28,056 bases of DNA from a virus (taxonomy: Duplodnaviria; Caudoviricetes): positions 1 through 28,056 of the IMG/VR virus record IMGVR_UViG_3300005512_000258. One strand, written 5' to 3'. A program made the position numbers and the translations under genes. Each line of letters opens with the position of its first letter. Within the stretch, counting starts at the first letter, position 1. Positions 22,688-28,056 of the stretch are shown here, piece by piece. The notes under the pieces were generated by a model, which saw only the letters and a list, made by a program, of their open reading frames with translations, made no database searches and was not told the DNA's origin.

Positions 22688-24582
22688 GCACGTCTACCGC
22701 TCGGCTGTAAGTCAAGGCGCGTAGATCCGATACGCCACTTGTAGCCTTTTTGGTCTACTGCTGAGGCGTCATCATCACTCTCAAACCGCAGGACAACTTG
22801 ACGGCCGCGCGATCTTACGTTTTTGAATGTCGTCGTCGGAGTAATCTGGCTTGTGCTATCCGTTACCAAAGACTGTCCGGGGAACTCCCGACGCTTCAGA
22901 ACTATGTTCATGACGGGGTTTGTGCTGATACCCGATTCCGTGACAAATGCCATATCAGGGATGAGCTTCTTGACGAAAGCCAAGCTATCGCCAGAGCTGA
23001 TATCGATATCGGCAGACTCAATAAAGACGCCAGTCATCGCATCTTCGTAGTCATCAAAACCATTCTCGTGCTGGAACACGCACTGCTGAGACTCACTTTG
23101 AGCAGAGGCAAAAGGCAGGTCTTCAATGCCTGCATCAAGCCACGCATAACGAATCAATGATCCAATCGACCAATGGTTTTCTTCGTAGTTGTAAATGACG
23201 TAGCGCGATATCTCACCCGTGCCATCTTCGATGCTCGGATAAAAGAACCATACTTCGCCAAATTCTGAGTTGACGCCCATGTGGCACTTAAAGGCCTGAC
23301 CCAAGTCTAAGTCGTTAAACACATACTCTTGCACTTGGCACGGTAGTTTTTGAACTGCACCATTATAGAAGTAGAAGCCGGTCTTACTCGCAAAGTAGAC
23401 TCCGTTGGGAGCGTTACACGCCGCTTTCGGACCGACAAGACCAGAGCCCTCGTTGACCAAGTTCATGGCAAACGTCAGTGGAGGGCCAATAAATGTCATT
23501 GAGTAAAGACTGGTGTCGGTCCAGATCAGGACTTCCTGACGAGACTTAATCCCGCCAACAATAAATGAGCCGCTTGATAAGCGCACATCACCTGCGCTAT
23601 TGGTAGCTGTAGGCTCGAAATCCAGCTCGTTTTCAGAGTCGGAGAAGGCCACCAGCATAGGATCAATGACGCCGGTACGGACACCACCAACTAACGGATC
23701 AACGCCCATGCAAATTAAATGACGATTAGTCTCGGACGTCAGAACCTGTAAAGCGACAGTGGGAACGGCATTAGCCCCTGCGGCCTGAGAAAGCTCGGAT
23801 GCTCGCACTGTAACGCCGGTGTTTTCAATCCAGCGATAAATACCGCCACCGCGTGGGTTGATAATAAGGTTTTCACCGTAGTTGTCATGCGTCCATAGAC
23901 GTAGCTGTCCAGCCGCAGAAATAGCGCTTGATGAGCCCCAGCCGCCAGCGCCCCATGTACCAACGCCCCAACCCGTGGATTTGACAAAGGTATCGAGGCC
24001 CACATTGATTTGATAGGTGCCGACAACCGACGATCCGCCATTGCCGGTGTCACTACTATTGGCTGTGACAGTAGCGCCGCTGGTGTCTTTCGCAACAATT
24101 TCATAGGTGTTTAGGCTTGTAACGAGGCTGATTTGGTATTCTTGATCCAAAACCTCTGCGGTTATGTTACCGCCAAGAGATGAACTGCCACTAAAAGTAA
24201 CAAAGTCGTTACTGACCGCCCCATGAGCGGTGTCGGTGACTGTGATCGTTGATGAGCCGTCAGTGGCGCTAAAAGTGACATCGCCTGCGGCAGTGGTGGC
24301 TCTTATTGGGGTGACGTCGTTGAACGACTCGCCTTCCTCAATGTAATACTTAAATGTCGTGCCCAATCCCAGAAAGCGAGTACCACCAAGAGAAATCCAG
24401 CTATGCAGAGCGCGAGCAAGCCCAAGGTAATAGCTAGTACCAAGCTTAGTCCAACCGCCAACCTTTTCAACGCGACCTTTGCGAAAGCGAACGAGGTTGC
24501 CGTCCACCCAGCCGCCTTTGGCCGCATAGTCGGTCGACTCCTTATTTATTCCCGGTGTGAATTCTATGGTCTGGAGGGGCAT
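22684..24582 (-). CDS. Tail nozzle / DNA stabilisation protein (P22 gp10 / T7 gp12-like)
   Basis: MPL....PGINKE....WVDGNLVRFR.G...K.GGW start; beta-propeller-like composition (DPMLVAFSDSE, AGDVRL..GS.I, LIWTD, EVWFFYPS); C-terminal RSRGRQ. Confidence 0.75.
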   Translation of the reverse strand: MPLQTIEFTPGINKESTDYAAKGGWVDGNLVRFRKGRVEKVGGWTKLGTSYYLGLARALHSWISLGGTRFLGLGTTFKYYIEEGESFNDVTPIRATTAAGDVTFSATDGSSTITVTDTAHGAVSNDFVTFSGSSSLGGNITAEVLDQEYQISLVTSLNTYEIVAKDTSGATVTANSSDTGNGGSSVVGTYQINVGLDTFVKSTGWGVGTWGAGGWGSSSAISAAGQLRLWTHDNYGENLIINPRGGGIYRWIENTGVTVRASELSQAAGANAVPTVALQVLTSETNRHLICMGVDPLVGGVRTGVIDPMLVAFSDSENELDFEPTATNSAGDVRLSSGSFIVGGIKSRQEVLIWTDTSLYSMTFIGPPLTFAMNLVNEGSGLVGPKAACNAPNGVYFASKTGFYFYNGAVQKLPCQVQEYVFNDLDLGQAFKCHMGVNSEFGEVWFFYPSIEDGTGEISRYVIYNYEENHWSIGSLIRYAWLDAGIEDLPFASAQSESQQCVFQHENGFDDYEDAMTGVFIESADIDISSGDSLAFVKKLIPDMAFVTESGISTNPVMNIVLKRREFPGQSLVTDSTSQITPTTTFKNVRSRGRQVVLRFESDDDASAVDQKGYKWRIGSTRLDLQPSGRRA

Positions 24583-24591
24583 ACCAAGACA

Positions 24592-25020
24592 TCACGCAAG
24601 CCGGATTATTGCACCCGTAGCCGTAGGCGACGGGAAAACAATAGTGAAGTTACCCGCCGTGCTGGTTTTGTCTCCTCCAAAATCAATTGCCGCTACTGCC
24701 TTATCTGCTTGGTCGTCGTTATAAATCAAGCAACCACGCGCAGTAACCGTTGCAGTACCAAAAGTTAAGTCAGCAAAATCCACAATGGCTGTCGTGCCAG
24801 ACGTTGTGGGGGTGACATTGGTAAGCGCATTACCGCCAGCCGTGTAGTTTGTGCCAGAAACCTCGTTTGTGGTTGTGTACGCGGTTGTGGAGGCGCCAAG
24901 AGTCGCAGAGCTGGTATACAAAGCCAGCTTAAATGTGTCGCCAGTGCTGTTAGTAAAATTGTGAGTGCCTACTAACAACTCTTGCTTGAACGAAGTACAT
25001 ATCGCCGATGTTATAGCCAT
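24592..25020 (-). CDS. Small beta-rich tail/neck fibre subunit (Gp80-like)
   Basis: MAITSAICTSFKQELL...FKLALYT...NEVSGTNYTAGG...DFGGDKTSTAGNFTI.FP, a common phage structural family. Confidence 0.7.
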   Translation of the reverse strand: MAITSAICTSFKQELLVGTHNFTNSTGDTFKLALYTSSATLGASTTAYTTTNEVSGTNYTAGGNALTNVTPTTSGTTAIVDFADLTFGTATVTARGCLIYNDDQADKAVAAIDFGGDKTSTAGNFTIVFPSPTATGAIIRLA

Positions 25021-25021
25021 T

Positions 25022-25312
25022 TCATAGCTCCTTTAGTAAATCAGCCATTTGGTGATGACCTTGGCGCCGTAGAGCAACCGATAAAGTGGTCCGATCGCTC
25101 GAAATGGCGCTTTTAATCCCCCTCAATACTACTTCATAAACTTGCTGGCGGAAAGCCTCAGCTTGTTGCCTAACATGAGGCTCTGCACTGGCCGATATAC
25201 TTACTAATCGTGTGGTTATTATGTCAGCCCAAAATTCAGGCTTGTGGCCGCCATCATCTGAGGTGGCGACCATGACATTACCTAAGCTGGCATCTGCGTT
25301 TTGCGAAATCAT
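25022..25312 (-). CDS. Conserved hypothetical protein (96 aa)
   Basis: V.TS..GGH.PEFWA...QQAEAF...SDRTT motif; translationally coupled within the operon. Confidence 0.7.
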   Translation of the reverse strand: MISQNADASLGNVMVATSDDGGHKPEFWADIITTRLVSISASAEPHVRQQAEAFRQQVYEVVLRGIKSAISSDRTTLSVALRRQGHHQMADLLKEL

Positions 25313-26031
25313 CCTTTGTACGGCTCCGGCGCTGAAGGCATTTCTATCTGCTTAAAGTTAAACTGCCTGCGAGCCTCGTCAAATTCTGACTGAGGGCAAA
25401 CCATAAACTGACCTTCTTGATCTGTCATGACAAGCATTGGATCATCTAGTCGATGGTAGCCATAGAGGCGCTCTGCTGGTACGACGTTGCTATCCAGTAG
25501 GGCTGACTTCTGGCTTACACCCACACCCACTCCCTGCGAGATACATCGAGAGACCCAGAACTCAACGCATCCTCGTCCTGCTTCTGCAAAATGCAGGTTG
25601 TGTTTGTAACTAAAATCCATGCCAAACAGATCGATATGAGCCACTTTATTGTAAAGCGCGTACGCCATTGCGTACGCCACAGTGTTGTTGAGATAAGCGC
25701 ACCGCTGATCATCAATCACATCCTTAATGGGGTACTCAACGATTGCCGGTACCCGCTCATCAAGCTCACACGAATAAATAGGTTTATCAAACGTAGGCAG
25801 TAAACGACGCATGACGTCAGTCTGGCCACCTGCATCTTCCGTGTCCAAGTACCGGGACGCAGGGTCCAGCATAAACACACGGTCACAATCAAAAACAGAT
25901 AAGGCGGCGTTGATACACCATACCTCATCCCACTGCTGACTGTTTTCTACTCCAATTACATAGTCAATTTGAGAGGCGCCAAGGCCTATCAGGGCGACTC
26001 TGGCCCCCTCCAACTCCGGTATGCGTGACAT
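25309..26031 (-). CDS. Maf/MptE/CstII-fold putative transferase
   Basis: VALIGLGAS...WCIN...D..F..D...NNTVAYAMAYA....V.HIDLFGMDF, the Rossmann-like pattern of DUF115 and GT42 proteins. Confidence 0.6.
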   Translation of the reverse strand: MSRIPELEGARVALIGLGASQIDYVIGVENSQQWDEVWCINAALSVFDCDRVFMLDPASRYLDTEDAGGQTDVMRRLLPTFDKPIYSCELDERVPAIVEYPIKDVIDDQRCAYLNNTVAYAMAYALYNKVAHIDLFGMDFSYKHNLHFAEAGRGCVEFWVSRCISQGVGVGVSQKSALLDSNVVPAERLYGYHRLDDPMLVMTDQEGQFMVCPQSEFDEARRQFNFKQIEMPSAPEPYKG

Positions 26032-26678
26032 TAACTAACACCTGTTCTCAACAAGTCGTATCGATATTCATCACGAGTAGCGCGGCCTTCGCTCACGTTC
26101 TTCATCCTCGCGATCCCCTCCTTGAATCGAGTCTCAAACGTCTGGACAACGTCTGGAGCCTCTTTCAGGAAAATCGCCGCCTCAACCAACGTGCCATACA
26201 GCAAAGGATCTGGATGGTCCGTAGATAAGACAGTGGTTCCTGAATCTGCACCCGCCGTCAATGAGGCTGGCTTATATAAGTAATGTAGCTCTACCGAATA
26301 ACCAGAATCCGGTACAGGCGACAATTCAAAAGCCGTTTCATCGAATAGCGAGTAATACTTAGGTTGTGCTGTGGTTGTAGTCACTGGGCTGTACTCTTTC
26401 ACGAACGACGGATGCTTGTAATCCAAGTAGTAATATCGATCGTTGCTAATGACAGCCAATGAAAATGGTGCAAAAAAATCTGACGGGGTGGCAAGAAACC
26501 TGTTGCCTGTGGTCAATGTGCCTGTGACGTTTTTGCGCTGTTCAGGTAACTGGACCAGCTTGAAGATGCGGCTTTCCGCTTCCTCAATAAACGTGTTGAG
26601 GTTGTTGTTGAAGGTTGTCTCATCAACCTGCAAGTAATCCTGTACCGTCGATTTTAGAGTCGCTAATGTAAAACTCAT
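26031..26678 (-). CDS. Head-tail adaptor / tail tubular protein A-like
   Basis: T...LK..VQDY...FI..AE.RI...P.DF...QPKYY...L.PVPD..Y.VEL.Y...PD.LLYGTL.EA pattern. Confidence 0.75.
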   Translation of the reverse strand: MSFTLATLKSTVQDYLQVDETTFNNNLNTFIEEAESRIFKLVQLPEQRKNVTGTLTTGNRFLATPSDFFAPFSLAVISNDRYYYLDYKHPSFVKEYSPVTTTTAQPKYYSLFDETAFELSPVPDSGYSVELHYLYKPASLTAGADSGTTVLSTDHPDPLLYGTLVEAAIFLKEAPDVVQTFETRFKEGIARMKNVSEGRATRDEYRYDLLRTGVS

Positions 26679-26998
26679 GACGTGGTTACCTCAACCGTGC
26701 CTAACCCGCTGTTAATTTGATAAGTTGTTAGTTCTGTGCCCAGTATACCCTCGCCCACATTCGTGTAGACAGTAAAAAAGTTTCCATCATTACCATCTGC
26801 GGCCTGATCAATGCGCGGATCTTTCAAGGCCTCTGAATCAACTGGCGTAGGTTTACGCATTAACTGAGGGTGTTTTGGCGACCACTGGTCTGGCCCAACA
26901 AGCAAGCCATCCCATGTCTTTTTCATGTCCTTTAGCCGGTAACGGAATCCGGTAATGTCACAAATTCCGTAGGCTCGCCTGTTCGATGCAAACGCCAT
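26675..26998 (-). CDS. Conserved small virion-module protein (107 aa)
   Basis: AS...A.GICD.TGFRY....M...W.GLLV.....PKHPQL motif; C-terminal LGTVEVTTS. Confidence 0.75.
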   Translation of the reverse strand: MAFASNRRAYGICDITGFRYRLKDMKKTWDGLLVGPDQWSPKHPQLMRKPTPVDSEALKDPRIDQAADGNDGNFFTVYTNVGEGILGTELTTYQINSGLGTVEVTTS

Positions 26999-27693
26999 TA
27001 CGCAATCTCATAGCTTCTAATATCAGGTGCGATACGGAAGCTGGATCGTGGCTCATCTTGTGATAGCGCCCTCAAAAACTCTTCTTCGTACAAGCCCTTT
27101 AAGAGCTGTACCTTTTCAGGCGCGCGCTTTAATGCGATGTAGTACGCCAAGCCAGCCGCTAGGCAAGGATAAAAGCGAAAGGGTACTTCCATTGTGTTGG
27201 CACCCACATCGGCGTCATCCATACGGCTCAGCACGTTCAGATACACCGTGTAAGTAGAGTCTTTGTCAGGCACCGGCCAAACCGTAATCGTGGGCGATAA
27301 TTGCTTGTTAATAAAATATTGGTTTGGCTTGCCAGTCGTAGACTTGGTTGCAAGGTGCGCATACTCAGCGCGCGACATACGGCTTAGCGGGATGTCGGTT
27401 GTTGTGCCTTGCGATGTCTGTCTAATATATACATCAAGGACATCTATCGTCGCAGTTGGGTTGGCTGAGTCAATCGTATAGTTTGACGTGCCAGCGACCA
27501 TAGCAACGGTCTTCTCTTTGACCGTCCATTGGTTCAATCCACGGTTAGCCCACTCGGCCAGCATGAGATTAAGGGAGCGTTGAGCCGTTTTAAGGTTGTA
27601 GCCAGTGCGTAGCTCTAAGCCGCAACGCTCGAACGCCTCTTCGACGTAGTCAGCTACGTCTAGCTCAAAATCTTTACTCCCGCTCGTCGCCAT
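26998..27693 (-). CDS. Head-tail adaptor / connector protein
   Basis: MATSG..DF.LD....EEAFERCG...GY.LKTA.RSLNL...EWANRGLN.WT...WPVPD...PFRFYPCL.AGLAYY. Start moved to the MATSG Met at 27693. Confidence 0.75.
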   Translation of the reverse strand: MATSGSKDFELDVADYVEEAFERCGLELRTGYNLKTAQRSLNLMLAEWANRGLNQWTVKEKTVAMVAGTSNYTIDSANPTATIDVLDVYIRQTSQGTTTDIPLSRMSRAEYAHLATKSTTGKPNQYFINKQLSPTITVWPVPDKDSTYTVYLNVLSRMDDADVGANTMEVPFRFYPCLAAGLAYYIALKRAPEKVQLLKGLYEEEFLRALSQDEPRSSFRIAPDIRSYEIA

Positions 27694-28054
27694 CTTCTGC
27701 ACCCGCGTATAGGTTATCGAACACTTGGTTCACGTCCAGCGTGTAGTCTAAGTCAGATTTGCTGTAATGGATATGCTGTGACGGCCTAAAGTCTGGGGCG
27801 CCTTCGCCTGTCTCAAACCACGCCGGATGCGTTATACGCACTCGGTTATTTGGTAAGGCCACAATGTTGCCAGTCCATTTTCCTGCATCGAGCAGTTCTA
27901 ATACATGACTTTGTTTGTGTTGCGCAGGATCGTCCGCAATTTCGTTTTCAGAGTAATCTACCGTGAAAAGATACCGTGCTGGATACATTTCGCCATCTAT
28001 TTTGGCCAACCAAGGGCATGGTGTAGCGCGATCCAAGACATAAACTGCGTGATG
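27674..28054 (-). CDS. Conserved phage hypothetical protein, partial (5' end beyond the right edge)
   Basis: The frame stays open to the window end (HHAVYVLDRATPCPW...); YLFTVD...HKQSHVL...GN..ALPNNR motif. Confidence 0.75.
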   Translation of the reverse strand, partial: HHAVYVLDRATPCPWLAKIDGEMYPARYLFTVDYSENEIADDPAQHKQSHVLELLDAGKWTGNIVALPNNRVRITHPAWFETGEGAPDFRPSQHIHYSKSDLDYTLDVNQVFDNLYAGAEDGDERE

Positions 28055-28056
28055 GT

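Noticed and set aside
1-28056. tRNA/rRNA genes, reverse transcriptase/DGR/retron, integrase, IS elements, alternative genetic code
   Set aside because: No such motifs were recognised; genes tile densely under the standard code with all three stop codons used. A tRNAscan/Infernal run would be needed to exclude small RNAs formally.

Overview
The window is part of a tailed dsDNA phage genome (Caudoviricetes). Its gene content is podovirus-like and resembles uncultured marine proteobacterial phages. From left to right: (1) a minus-strand block with a 3'-truncated ADP-ribosyltransferase-like gene that the ORF track misses, a 436-aa unknown and an Hjc-like PD-(D/E)XK resolvase; (2) a repeat- and palindrome-rich non-coding gap (~2290-2800) just downstream of the small terminase gene, a candidate packaging site or genome end; (3) terS and a small HTH gene; (4) an iteron/AT-rich candidate origin next to a Toprim primase-VapE helicase fusion; (5) a divergent replication/recombination operon (SSB-like, DUF3310, RecE/ExoVIII-like, wHTH); (6) an early/accessory region of small genes, including Ocr-like and YodL-like candidates, with repeated promoter-leader and stop-codon-hairpin cassettes and a terminator split by a tandem repeat; (7) an HNH-like nuclease, a PLOD/OGFOD2-like 2OG-Fe(II) oxygenase and an RHH regulator; (8) a tightly coupled minus-strand morphogenesis operon with two adaptor-like proteins, a Maf/CstII-fold transferase, a Gp80-like small tail protein, a nozzle and four internal/ejection proteins. 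The most notable signals are short shared peptide tags ([FYM]xxGG and GI[AG][AGS]L) linking the ejection proteins to putative effector genes near the packaging region, and a 911-aa protein with two equal-length strict 18-residue repeat arms. No large terminase, portal, capsid, DNA polymerase, integrase, lysis, RNA or CRISPR genes were seen in the window. All family calls come from motif recognition by eye; no searches were run.
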